Shown here: positions 8,893 through 17,663 of the stretch, piece by piece
Layout of the letters: each line of letters opens with the position of its first letter
How positions within the stretch are numbered: position 1 is the first letter of the stretch
Position numbers and translations under genes: made by a program
Notes under the pieces: generated by a model
Database searches by the model: none
The model's input: only the letters and a program-made list of their open reading frames with translations
What the model was told of the DNA's origin: nothing
Virus record (IMG/VR): IMGVR_UViG_3300016472_000366
Span: 1 to 26,989 of that record
Source of the DNA: a virus
Taxonomy: Duplodnaviria; Caudoviricetes
DNA: 26,989 bases
Direction: 5' to 3' (one strand)

Positions 8893-9069
8893 TCAATACT
8901 GTTTTCGCAAAGCCTTGGCTTGCATTGCTTGCTTCAGCATCTGAGTCCCCTTGTCGGCCTTGTTGTATTCACGCGCGACCGACTGCGGCACGCCTGTTTT
9001 TGTTGCAACCTTGGGGTTGTTTGCGGCAGCGGCCATTAGGCGCGCCTGAGCGGGTGTTTTGCTTGGCAT
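8893..9069 (-). CDS. Small basic conserved phage protein (MPSKTPAQARLMAAAANNPK...), 58 aa
   Basis: RBS GAGGT before ATG 9069, just after the portal stop; motif typical of small post-portal genes. Confidence 0.7.
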   Translation of the reverse strand: MPSKTPAQARLMAAAANNPKVATKTGVPQSVAREYNKADKGTQMLKQAMQAKALRKQY

Positions 9070-9076
9070 GTCTACC

Positions 9077-11014
9077 TCACTGCATCGGTGGCATTGGGCC
9101 CTGCACGGGCGGCATAAGTGGCGCAGCAGGCGGCAGCGCGGGCTGCGGTTGCAGCATCTCAAGCTGCATTGCCTTCATGCGCGCGTCCATCTCGGTGTTT
9201 GCGGCCTTGGCCATCCGCTCCTTGGCGCCGGCCTGCTTTTCAGCAACTTGAGCCTCCTGCAGCGGGGTTGGTCCCGGCGGCTGAATGCCCTGCTGCTTGA
9301 GGCCACTGATTGCCTGGTCCAGGATCGACTCGATCTGGGTGCTGACGCGGAACTTGCTAACGCTCCACTGCAGCAGACTGAGCAGCACCGGCGCCGCACC
9401 AGGCACCTGCTGAGCCATCGGCGCCACCTGGCTGATAAACGCGCCCAGGCCCTGCATAAACTGCACCGCGGCGTCGCGCTCGGCGGCCCAGTCCAGCGCC
9501 GCCATCGAGTCAGCCTCCACCGTCACCCGGTACTCGGCCATCTCCTCGTCCTTGAGCAGCATGATCGCCTGCTGCGCAAGCTGCGCATCAGGAGTGCGCT
9601 CGATGTTGCTGCGCCGAACAATCGTTTCCGGCTGCCAGTGCTTACAGATGATCTCGGCCTTGATCCGCAGCGCGTGGCTGATCCACTCGGCGATGTAGAA
9701 CTGCATCAGCTGAATCCGGGTGCTGCCGAACTGGGCCTTGATCTGCTGCGCCGTCGCGGTCTCGCTCGCCCTTGAGCTGCCACGCATGACGTCGCTGATG
9801 CCCAGGACCTCGTAGATCTGCATAACCTTGTCCTGGCGGTACTGGCGCAGCTGGTTGATGGCGTTGACCACCTGGTCGATCGGCACCCAGTCCACCTGGC
9901 CCTTGATCCCGCCCTTTTCGCTGAAAAGCGCCCAGTTGTCGACCGGGATAAGTTGATTTTCTGCAGCCTGGTTAAACATGCGCTGCACGCCTTCGGCCGC
10001 TTTGTCGTAAACCCCGACAACTTTAGCAGCGCGCGTCAGCCAAGTGATTCGCGTGTTAATTTCATCGAGCTCATTAAACTGGTCCTGCGCAAAAATGTAG
10101 TCCGCGCGGGGCATAAAGTTGCTCGACGTCACGTTGGCCGCGACCGGCTTAGGGCATGGGAAAAACCCATCGAGCTGCAGCGGATCGTCTTTGACGTCCA
10201 GAATCACGTCGGCGCCGTCGGCGTACCAGTAAACTTTCTTGTTTTCTTTGCACCAAATCTCAAAAACCTGCGCTTTGTTCCAAGGGTCGTATTTTGGCGC
10301 GTCGTCTTGCGTTGTGTTTTGCTTTGATTTTTTTAACGGGATGACGTTGGTAATCTCTTCGCCAAAGCGCTTGGTCAACTGGTCTTTTGTTAAATACACG
10401 CGCCGCGCAACCCAACGAATTTCGGCCCAGGTGCGCGCAGGCGACCAAAAAAAATCGCGCCAATGGATGTAGTCGCACGGCGCGTCTTCATCCACAATGC
10501 GCTCGGCCTCCTGCTCCGGGGCGAGTTCAAGCCCTGTAAGCGGGTCAATCTGCGCCGGGACAACATACGACTCAGTTTTAACCTCGTAGCGCAGCCAGAT
10601 CTGACCCAGGCCAACGACCAGCCAGTCCTCAATGCCCTGCCTTACCGATGCATCCCACTGACTGACGTTTTCATCAAAGCCGCGGTTGAGCAGGCGCTGC
10701 AAAATGGTGCCGGCCACGCGCGCCAGGTCATCCTCGTAATCCTGATAAGTCCTTGAAACATCCGCTTTCGGCGGCCGCGCATAGAGCATCGACAACAAGA
10801 CTTTGGTCGTGGACCAAAACAAATTGACCTTTGACTCGTCCTTGCCCCAGTCATCGCGCCGGTCAAGGTAGCGGTGCACAATCTTGGCGGCGTCGTCATG
10901 AAATTTGGTTAGCTCTTGCTCGGCGGCCTTGATCTCAGTCGCCCAACGCTGCGCCAACCCAATCGGCGTGCTTTCAAAGTCTGCTGCGCTGGTAATCGTC
11001 GCTTCGTATGCCAT
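9077..11014 (-). CDS. Portal protein
   Basis: 645 aa directly after TerL; N.FWS, FFPCPKP and ETATAQQIK..FG..R motifs; Pro/Gln-rich tail. Confidence 0.85.
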   Translation of the reverse strand: MAYEATITSAADFESTPIGLAQRWATEIKAAEQELTKFHDDAAKIVHRYLDRRDDWGKDESKVNLFWSTTKVLLSMLYARPPKADVSRTYQDYEDDLARVAGTILQRLLNRGFDENVSQWDASVRQGIEDWLVVGLGQIWLRYEVKTESYVVPAQIDPLTGLELAPEQEAERIVDEDAPCDYIHWRDFFWSPARTWAEIRWVARRVYLTKDQLTKRFGEEITNVIPLKKSKQNTTQDDAPKYDPWNKAQVFEIWCKENKKVYWYADGADVILDVKDDPLQLDGFFPCPKPVAANVTSSNFMPRADYIFAQDQFNELDEINTRITWLTRAAKVVGVYDKAAEGVQRMFNQAAENQLIPVDNWALFSEKGGIKGQVDWVPIDQVVNAINQLRQYRQDKVMQIYEVLGISDVMRGSSRASETATAQQIKAQFGSTRIQLMQFYIAEWISHALRIKAEIICKHWQPETIVRRSNIERTPDAQLAQQAIMLLKDEEMAEYRVTVEADSMAALDWAAERDAAVQFMQGLGAFISQVAPMAQQVPGAAPVLLSLLQWSVSKFRVSTQIESILDQAISGLKQQGIQPPGPTPLQEAQVAEKQAGAKERMAKAANTEMDARMKAMQLEMLQPQPALPPAAPLMPPVQGPMPPMQ

Positions 11015-12357
11015 CAGCCTACCCTCGTTTCAAGTGTCGGCGCCGTATCCCAAATGTCGTTGAGCGCAAACGCGTAATGCGCGCCAGGCTTGACAATTGA
11101 TGTCATTTTATGCTGTCGATGAGATTTTGACACCACTGTGCGCGCAGCAAGCGCCAGATACCGAAACGCGTCCGCGGCGTGCGAGTGCTGGTCGTGACGC
11201 GGCCTGCTGCGGTAGGTCTGCGTTTTTTCATCAAACTCGCGCATGTACGCACGCAAGTGCTCAATGCCGTCGTAGCAAGCCTCCTCGTCAAACCAGCACC
11301 GCGGCAAGATTAGCCGCGCCGCCTCAATGCCGTCTTGCAGGCTCATCTCCGGGACAATGTTGGGCCGAATGCCGGCCGCCAAGAACTGCTCGATGATCGA
11401 CTTGCCGGTCTGCAAGCTCTTTGCCTTGGCGTCGTGCGGCAAGAAAATGCCCCTCGGGTTGACCAGGTACGGCCGGCTCTTGATCCAGTCGATGTAGTGC
11501 TGGATGGGTTGATTGTCGGCCTCGTAAAAGTCCACCACGCGCAGCCCGTCGTAGGTCTCCTGCCAGCCCCACCAGCTGCAGCTGTCGGTGTAGCCCAGGT
11601 CGGCGGCCAGGTTGACCGGGAACGCCTGGTCGATCGGGTGCCTGCCGACGCGGCCCTGGTCGTAAGCCTCGCCGATCTGCTTCGCGTAGTACGCGCCCGG
11701 CACCGCGGCGTCAAAGCTGCACTCGTACTCGGTCGCGTAGGCCTCCTCGGTCATCTGCGCCTTCGCGTCGCGCAGCTCATCGGCATGGATGATGTTGGTC
11801 TTAGAGGCCGGCAGCTCGATGAGCAAGTGCGTCTGAGGGTTTAAGCGCGCCTCCTCCCTCAAATTCCAAAACAAATTCTTGCCGCGCGGAGTGCCCGCAA
11901 AAATCGCCCACCCAATCCGGTCGCTTAGCGCCGGCCGAATCACCGTGTACCAGGCAGACGGGCGCATGTCGCCAACCTCGTCAAGCACCGCGCCGTCAAA
12001 ATACATCCCGCGCAGCGCGTCGTAGTTGTCGGCGCCGGCCACATAAATTGTTGACTCGCCCTTGTGGCCGTTGTAAATCGTAATCTTGAGCTCCGACTCG
12101 TTGGGTGGCTTGCTCCAGAACGACTTGGTCAAGTCCTTCAAGTAACCCCACGCGACGCGCTTGGCCTGGTCGCGCTGCGGCGCCAGGTACGCGAACTGCG
12201 GCTTGGGCAGCGCTGTCTCGAGCGCGCCCAGGACCAAGTCAACGCACATTGCGACCGTCTTGCCGGCACGACGATGCGCGACCACCACCGACCAGCGCGC
12301 CTTGCGGTTGTGCAAAGGCAAAAAAATCGCCCTCGGCTGGTACTCCTGCAGGTTCAA
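11014..12357 (-). CDS. terL: Terminase large subunit
   Basis: Walker A HRRAGKT, Walker B VLDE, GTPRG coupling motif, nuclease DLG and HAADAFRY; likely TTG start at 12357 overlapping the upstream TGA. Confidence 0.93.
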   Translation of the reverse strand: MNLQEYQPRAIFLPLHNRKARWSVVVAHRRAGKTVAMCVDLVLGALETALPKPQFAYLAPQRDQAKRVAWGYLKDLTKSFWSKPPNESELKITIYNGHKGESTIYVAGADNYDALRGMYFDGAVLDEVGDMRPSAWYTVIRPALSDRIGWAIFAGTPRGKNLFWNLREEARLNPQTHLLIELPASKTNIIHADELRDAKAQMTEEAYATEYECSFDAAVPGAYYAKQIGEAYDQGRVGRHPIDQAFPVNLAADLGYTDSCSWWGWQETYDGLRVVDFYEADNQPIQHYIDWIKSRPYLVNPRGIFLPHDAKAKSLQTGKSIIEQFLAAGIRPNIVPEMSLQDGIEAARLILPRCWFDEEACYDGIEHLRAYMREFDEKTQTYRSRPRHDQHSHAADAFRYLALAARTVVSKSHRQHKMTSIVKPGAHYAFALNDIWDTAPTLETRVG

Positions 12358-12635
12358 CGCGTGATCCCGTTCAACCTGTCTGCAACCAGCTTGGCGTAGC
12401 CGGCAATGTCGACCCAACTGTCAGCATAGTCGGGGTCGCCGTTCACTATGCGACCGATCTTGTGGCAGATCATCTCAAGCGCCTCGACCTGGTCGAAGGA
12501 CAACGTCTTCTCGCGCGCCGCCAGCTGCTGGCGGATCGTCGCCTTGAGGGTCTGCGTGACTTCGGCGTGGTGCAAAAACAGCCCATATCGGCTTCCGCGC
12601 TCGGTTAATGTCGCGCTAAGGGTGTCGTGGCTCAT
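12354..12635 (-). CDS. DUF6378-like small helical protein
   Basis: ERG..YG, HKIGRIVNGDPDY.DSWVDIAGYA signature. Confidence 0.8.
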   Translation of the reverse strand: MSHDTLSATLTERGSRYGLFLHHAEVTQTLKATIRQQLAAREKTLSFDQVEALEMICHKIGRIVNGDPDYADSWVDIAGYAKLVADRLNGITR

Positions 12636-12763
12636 CTACGGGCCTTCTGATGCGTTTTTTTGACCTTGTTTGTGCCAAGACACCAGTTTTTGCGATCGTC
12701 GATACTGGGCCGTTTTTAACCGGTTTGCGGGCATTTGCGGTTTTCGCAAAAGGTCTGCACGGG

Positions 12764-13324
12764 CTACTGAAAATTTTGGGGGGGCCCCTGCTCCGGCCCG
12801 GCCCCCCGCGCCGGCCTCGAGGGGGGATGGGGGTCCGCGGCGGCCGCCACCCCCGCTGCCGGCGCCTGGCCAGCCCCCTGTGCCACCGGCTGCGGATCAA
12901 CAATCCGGTAGCTACCGTCTTTTTCTCGTTGCAAGTCAAGCACTTGCGTAGGCGCGTGCTGCAGTTGTGACACGCTTGTGCCAATCTGCCGGCCGCCGAG
13001 CCAGCCGAGCTCGAGCTTGATGCCGCCGTCGACGTGCGCGTTCAGCTGCACCGGCACGAACTTGTTGACCACCGACGCAAAGATCTGCCGGTCGCCCAGC
13101 GAGCCCTTGGCGCGCTCGACCAGCCATCCTGCCAGCCCCTGCGGGTGGCACTCCCCTGGCTGGATCGCCCGCTCGATCGCCTGCTTCACCGTCACGGTGA
13201 CGCGGTTCGGCACGCCCTTATGCCGCCCCAGCGGCAACTCGGCCCCGTTCAGCGGGCTGACCGCCACCCGCCTCTTATCCGCGGGTTTCGCGGCCCCCTC
13301 GACAACAGCCTCAGCGACCTCCAC
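12764..13324 (-). CDS. Probable terminase small subunit
   Basis: GRHKGVPNRVT...K.AI..A motif; upstream of TerL; GTG start at 13324 behind RBS AAGGAG. Confidence 0.6.
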   Translation of the reverse strand: MEVAEAVVEGAAKPADKRRVAVSPLNGAELPLGRHKGVPNRVTVTVKQAIERAIQPGECHPQGLAGWLVERAKGSLGDRQIFASVVNKFVPVQLNAHVDGGIKLELGWLGGRQIGTSVSQLQHAPTQVLDLQREKDGSYRIVDPQPVAQGAGQAPAAGVAAAADPHPPSRPARGAGPEQGPPQNFQ

Positions 13325-13374
13325 GTTGCTCCTTTCGCATCGCATTTGCATTCAATCAATTCTCGCACAACGCG

Positions 13375-13578
13375 ACCGCGTGCGCCATCCCGACCCCCCT
13401 CAGACCCTGCACTCGGTCAGCGCACTCGGTTCCCCCCACACCCCTATCAGACCGAGTGCGTGCACCGCGTGCAGCAGGCCTAGACGGCCCCCCCTTTGGG
13501 TGGGGGCCCGTCGTCTAGGCAGCCAGGCTGCACCCAGTCCGCACCTGGTACCGCGTGCGCACCGAGTGCACCGCGTGC
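13375..13578. repeat. Iteron-like ACCG(A/C)GTGC repeats in inverted arrays; probable replication origin
   Basis: Copies at 13375, 13409(rc), 13422(rc), 13451, 13464, 13550, 13561, 13570, plus degenerate rc copies at 13530 and 13541; 9-bp IR 13478-13486/13512-13520. Confidence 0.7.
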
Positions 13579-13596
13579 AGGCCACCAAGCGGGCAC

Positions 13597-13619
13597 AAAA
13601 AAGCCGCCTTGCGGCGGCC
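13597..13619 (-). terminator. Intrinsic terminator ending the replication operon
   Basis: GCCGCC-GCAA-GGCGGC-TTTTTT on the minus strand. Confidence 0.75.
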
Positions 13620-13641
13620 TCGTAAACACGCGTCGGCGCGC

Positions 13642-13797
13642 TTACTTGCTGTCTTCTTCTTCTTTCTCGTCGATCGCCTCAATCAAGCGGTCGTAAAGGT
13701 TTCCCAGGCCGGACGCGATGGGCTGCTCTTCCAGCCAATCGCGGATTTGTTCTGCCTCATGCTCGTCCAAGTCAATCGTCACATACGCATTGTCCAT
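13642..13797 (-). CDS. Small acidic hypothetical protein, 51 aa (MDNAYVTIDLDEHEAEQIRDWLEEQ...EKEEEDSK)
   Basis: Strong RBS AAAGGAG; fills the gap between phosphoesterase and terminator; below the ORF-track cutoff. Confidence 0.7.
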   Translation of the reverse strand: MDNAYVTIDLDEHEAEQIRDWLEEQPIASGLGNLYDRLIEAIDEKEEEDSK

Positions 13798-13807
13798 ATC
13801 AGCTCCT

Positions 13808-14767
13808 TTAGTTAATGATTGATCCTCGAAAGTACGCCACGCGATCGATCACTTCGCACAGCTCGGGCGGCCTGAGGCCGCGCTCGTCATAGGTCAAGAC
13901 CGCAAAGCCTTGACACCAGAAGGTGGGCGCGTCCTCGGTGTACAGGAACGGCCTGCTGTCTGTTGGGTCGGCCAACATCCCGGTCGCGACGCCCCACTTG
14001 CGGCCGGTGTAGTCACCGATGGGTCGGACTTCAAGCTGGTGCGTGTGCCCGCACACCATCGCTGTCAGGCCGCTGCGCAGCACGTTGTTATAAGTGCTGT
14101 GAATGCCTGAGTGCAGCCGGTGCTTGACCATCGTGCTGTTGTTGATCATCACGCTCCAGCTCGTCGACCACTCGGGCAGGTGGTCTTTAAGCTGCGTGCC
14201 GCCGATGTCTTTGTACTCGGGCACTTGCGCTGACAAGCGTTTGTCAAATCTAATGTCGTGGTTGCCGATCGTGCGGTGCAGGATCGTGCCCATGCCTTTG
14301 GTGGCCTTGCGGATCTCGTCCAAGCGCTCAATGACGGCATCGAGCTCTTGCCGAAGCGTCGGCTTGCCGCTCTCCCAGCCGATCGGGCTGTGCGCGTGGA
14401 TCGAGCCACCGTCCAGAATGTCGCCGTTGGCAATGATGAGCACCGGCTTAATGAGCTTGATTACCTTCAGCATCGCCTGATGCCCGAGCGAGGCTTCGCC
14501 TGGCATGTAGTGCGCGTCGCTAAAGATCACAACGCTGCCGACGATTTCGGCGATGCTGCGGACCTTGTCGTGGCCGTGGGTCATCTTGACGGAAGCCAAG
14601 AACCGCTGGTCGTTGTGCGTCGGTAAGGAGATGCCGTGCCGGTTTTCAATGGCCCGGCGTCGGATCATGATGTTGCGGTCGCTGACGCCCAGCTCTTTGG
14701 CAACCAGCCCAGGGCTGCCTACAGTCCTCCAGAGCTTGATGAAATCTTCATCCGATACGATTTTCAC
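13808..14767 (-). CDS. Calcineurin-like metallophosphoesterase with N-terminal HTH-like segment
   Basis: SDAH, NGDILDG, GNHD, KH and GHTH metal-binding motifs. Confidence 0.85.
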   Translation of the reverse strand: MKIVSDEDFIKLWRTVGSPGLVAKELGVSDRNIMIRRRAIENRHGISLPTHNDQRFLASVKMTHGHDKVRSIAEIVGSVVIFSDAHYMPGEASLGHQAMLKVIKLIKPVLIIANGDILDGGSIHAHSPIGWESGKPTLRQELDAVIERLDEIRKATKGMGTILHRTIGNHDIRFDKRLSAQVPEYKDIGGTQLKDHLPEWSTSWSVMINNSTMVKHRLHSGIHSTYNNVLRSGLTAMVCGHTHQLEVRPIGDYTGRKWGVATGMLADPTDSRPFLYTEDAPTFWCQGFAVLTYDERGLRPPELCEVIDRVAYFRGSIIN

Positions 14768-14814
14768 ACCATAGCCCCGACACGTGAGATGGTGCTCTAT
14801 CTACCATAGTTTTA

Positions 14815-15078
14815 CTACAATTTAGGAACACCTCCCTCAGCTTTGATTACACGCCTGCTGTGCTCGATGCGCTCGACGTTGCCCGTGTCTGCGCGTTTGC
14901 AGTAGTACCAGGTGCCGGTCCATCCTGGCGTGCGGCGTTTCTCGATCAGCTTATAGCGCTTCAGCGTGGCGGCCAGCACAAACTCTTCACCGAGCTCAAG
15001 GTCGCGCACAAAGCGGCGGTACTCCACGCCAGCGTTTCTACCAGCAACCACCGTCATGTCTCGATCAGTAAGGTGCAT
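14815..15078 (-). CDS. Hypothetical protein (87 aa)
   Basis: Co-oriented, overlapping neighbours in the operon. Confidence 0.55.
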   Translation of the reverse strand: MHLTDRDMTVVAGRNAGVEYRRFVRDLELGEEFVLAATLKRYKLIEKRRTPGWTGTWYYCKRADTGNVERIEHSRRVIKAEGGVPKL

Positions 15079-15256
15079 TGGGCAAACTCCTCAGAAAGTT
15101 GTGCAGCTGCCGCCTGCGCGGCTGTTGCTGCGTGCGTTTAAGAACCAGTGATTGGTCGGCGCGCGTAAAGCGCTGTGCCTCGTCTTTGCTGTCGAACCTG
15201 CGCACCAAGCCTTGGTCGTCATGAACCTCATAGCGGGGCAGATAGGTGAACTTCAT
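15065..15256 (-). CDS. Hypothetical protein (63 aa)
   Basis: ATGA overlap with primase-helicase stop; RBS GGAG. Confidence 0.55.
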   Translation of the reverse strand: MKFTYLPRYEVHDDQGLVRRFDSKDEAQRFTRADQSLVLKRTQQQPRRRQLHNFLRSLPNAPY

Positions 15257-17307
15257 GCTTGCTTCTCCAGTTGTGCGCGCCCGGCATCAGTCAGCACCAG
15301 GCGCATACCGTCAGAGCGGTTGGGTAGTCGGTACTTCTCTTCCTTGATTAGCGCCTCGGCCTCTAAATCGCGCAGGTGTACAAAAAACCCCTTGCGATCT
15401 AAACGTGCCGGATAGTCAGGGTCCTGCTCGAGCATCAAGTAGACGTTGTTGCTGGCGCGCGGCTTCATCGACAAATTGACGCCACGCTCAAGCGCTTTGC
15501 TGATCATTTGCAAAATCGCCTCGCGTTGTGATTGCCGCACCATTCTGGCCGCAAAGGCGCTGCCTGGGATCGTTCCGTAGCGCTTAAAGGTCCTGCTGGC
15601 CGCGTCGAACTCGAGCTGCAGCTCTTCCTGCAGCGGGCCCAGGTTGCACTTCTCATGCCGCAGCACCACCGCCTGGTCGTCGCGGTACATCGCCCAGCGT
15701 GAGCGCGCGCTGTTGTTCCAGGCGGTCGACCCGCTAAACGTCGTCATCGAGTCAAGGCCGGCACCCGATCGCACGCTTGCCTTGTCCACGTGCGCCAGCA
15801 ACAGCACCGCGGCCCGCGTGACGTTCGCGATCAGGTTCAAGGCTCGCATGAACCCGCGCACCGCCGTCCTGTCGTTTTCGTTGTCCGCGAACACGTCGCT
15901 CGCGTTGTCGATCACAATCACCTGGGCCTTGGTCCGCACCGCGGTGTCGGCCAGCCACTGCATCCGGTCGGTTGCGTGGCCATCACGCCACAGCACGCAA
16001 TCGTCCTGGGTAAGGTCAAACACGATCAAACGATCAGCCAGCGTGTGCATCGGCACGCCTTGGTCCTGGCAGATGTTGGCGACGCGGAAGTGCACCGTTC
16101 GCGCCTCATCCTCGCCACTTAGCATTAGCACCTTGCTGCTCGCGGTCGCGACGCCCATGAACGAATGCCCGGTCACCAGCGCGACGCCCAGCTGCAGCGA
16201 CAGGTTGGACTTGCCGACGCCACCGTTAGCGCTCAGCAGCGTGACCGTGCCCTCGGGCAGCCAGCCATCGAGGCGCCAGCTGGTAGGCTCGGGCTCGCTG
16301 TTGGCCAGCGCCGACCAATCCAGCGGCTGCAGGTCGCCTGGCTTAGCCTCTGGTCTCTGATCGGCGAGCTGCAGGTTGACCGTGATTTGTGGCGGCTTGC
16401 GGTTATCAGGGGCGAACTTCTCAGCGCTGCGCACCGCCCGCGGGATCTCCTCGCGCCGTGCCTCCCACCGGCGCAACTCATCGACCTGGCGCACGTCAGG
16501 CTTGACCTGGTCCATCAATGAGTAAAGAAACTCAACGGCCGCACCGGCGTACATGCCACCGCTGACCAGGCTTGCAGCCAGCCTGGTGATGTTGTCGTGA
16601 TACGCGCGCTGCTCAAGCGGCGCCGTGAGCCCGACGATCATTTCGCCTGCGTGTGTGCCTTTGGTACAAACGGTACTGCCTGACGGCGCTGTCTCCACGG
16701 CGCGCACCGCGTCGAGATCGATGCCTATTGCGTGACACGCGTCGTCCAAAGACCAGCGCACGTTGGGGTTCCAAAGCTCGAGCTGTACGCGCCAGGTGCC
16801 AGCGGCGCGCGGCTTGGTGTTGCTGCCAACTGGCAAGCGCACGTACCGCACACAAGCGTTGCCGCTGCCGTCGTTGCTGCGGCCGCGGGCGGCCAGCGCG
16901 CGCATTACTTTGTCGACCAGGTCGCGGTTGTGGCAGTCGGGGTCGCCGGCGTCGAGCAGGATGCCTACCTGGTGCTTGCCAGGCGAGGTCTGGATGGCGT
17001 AGGAAAGGTTGGTGACATCGCCGAGCTGGACGTCGTCGAGCACCAGCGCTGCGAGGCGAACAAAGCCTTCCTTGCGCCGACAAATCTCACCGTCATCGGT
17101 CGCGCGAAGGACCGAGGTGCAGTAGTAGGTGTTGTCGTGTTCTGCGCGATCGATAAAGCCGGCTTGCGCGGGCAAACCCTTATACGCGCGGCCCATCCAT
17201 ACAGACGATGGCGCACCCTCGGGCGACTCGCGGAAACTGCATACCCAACCGTGGGTACCCAATTTGAGGGACCCATAGATCTCGGAGAGAAAGTCGCTAT
17301 TGGTCAT
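15253..17307 (-). CDS. Primase-helicase fusion: RepB'-type primase N-terminus plus RepA/AAA_25 helicase
   Basis: LVLDDV, IQTSPGKHQ and RYVRLPVGSNTK (RepB primase); Walker A SANGGVGKS, SGED, IVID, LLAH..K, GSTAW...AR; ATG 17307 with RBS GGAG (alternative GTG 17328). Confidence 0.85.
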   Translation of the reverse strand: MTNSDFLSEIYGSLKLGTHGWVCSFRESPEGAPSSVWMGRAYKGLPAQAGFIDRAEHDNTYYCTSVLRATDDGEICRRKEGFVRLAALVLDDVQLGDVTNLSYAIQTSPGKHQVGILLDAGDPDCHNRDLVDKVMRALAARGRSNDGSGNACVRYVRLPVGSNTKPRAAGTWRVQLELWNPNVRWSLDDACHAIGIDLDAVRAVETAPSGSTVCTKGTHAGEMIVGLTAPLEQRAYHDNITRLAASLVSGGMYAGAAVEFLYSLMDQVKPDVRQVDELRRWEARREEIPRAVRSAEKFAPDNRKPPQITVNLQLADQRPEAKPGDLQPLDWSALANSEPEPTSWRLDGWLPEGTVTLLSANGGVGKSNLSLQLGVALVTGHSFMGVATASSKVLMLSGEDEARTVHFRVANICQDQGVPMHTLADRLIVFDLTQDDCVLWRDGHATDRMQWLADTAVRTKAQVIVIDNASDVFADNENDRTAVRGFMRALNLIANVTRAAVLLLAHVDKASVRSGAGLDSMTTFSGSTAWNNSARSRWAMYRDDQAVVLRHEKCNLGPLQEELQLEFDAASRTFKRYGTIPGSAFAARMVRQSQREAILQMISKALERGVNLSMKPRASNNVYLMLEQDPDYPARLDRKGFFVHLRDLEAEALIKEEKYRLPNRSDGMRLVLTDAGRAQLEKQA

Positions 17308-17329
17308 CGCTTGTACTCCGATGACCACT

Positions 17330-17572
17330 TCACACCTCGACCGAAGACAGCTCCTGAACAGTAACGCGCACGCGTTTTGTGCGCGCCATCGCGATCAACC
17401 TGGGCCAATAGCGCTGTGGAATGAGGCCGCCAGTGCCCTGTGGATGCGGTGAACACCAGCGCGACAGCGCGCTGCGACTGATTCCCAGTTCTTCTGACAC
17501 AGCGCTCTTGCCGCCCAGGCGCTCGATGACGTGGTAAGCCGGCCCTAGCGTGTGTACTGTAGGAATAGCCAT
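17330..17572 (-). CDS. Cro-like HTH regulator (80 aa)
   Basis: LGG.SAVSEELGISRSALSRW...GG.IP..YW; divergent from repressor; ATG 17572 with RBS GGAG. Confidence 0.8.
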   Translation of the reverse strand: MAIPTVHTLGPAYHVIERLGGKSAVSEELGISRSALSRWCSPHPQGTGGLIPQRYWPRLIAMARTKRVRVTVQELSSVEV

Positions 17573-17663
17573 CCCTAAATCTCCAATGAGTTGCGATCTA
17601 CTCAACAATGATGATATAACACCATTCCACCATCTGAAAGCGGATTGAACAGAGAGCGCGAAC
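17573..17663. promoter_or_regulatory. Lysis/lysogeny switch region with divergent promoters and an operator
   Basis: Operator AGTTGCG-ATCTA-CTCAACA at 17589-17607; minus-strand TTTCAG-17-TATCAT toward cro; plus-strand TTGCGA...TGaTATAAC toward cI. Confidence 0.6.

Noticed and set aside
11014-12417. Track start positions for several genes (12417, 13351, 3479, 9162, 17764, 18408, 20011, 21745, 26895)
   Set aside because: The extensions overlap upstream genes or regulatory DNA; downstream starts with an RBS or stop-start coupling fit better.
13375-13578. Repeats as a CRISPR array
   Set aside because: Units are 9 bp, in both orientations, with irregular and often 0-4-bp spacing and no unique 30-40-bp spacers.
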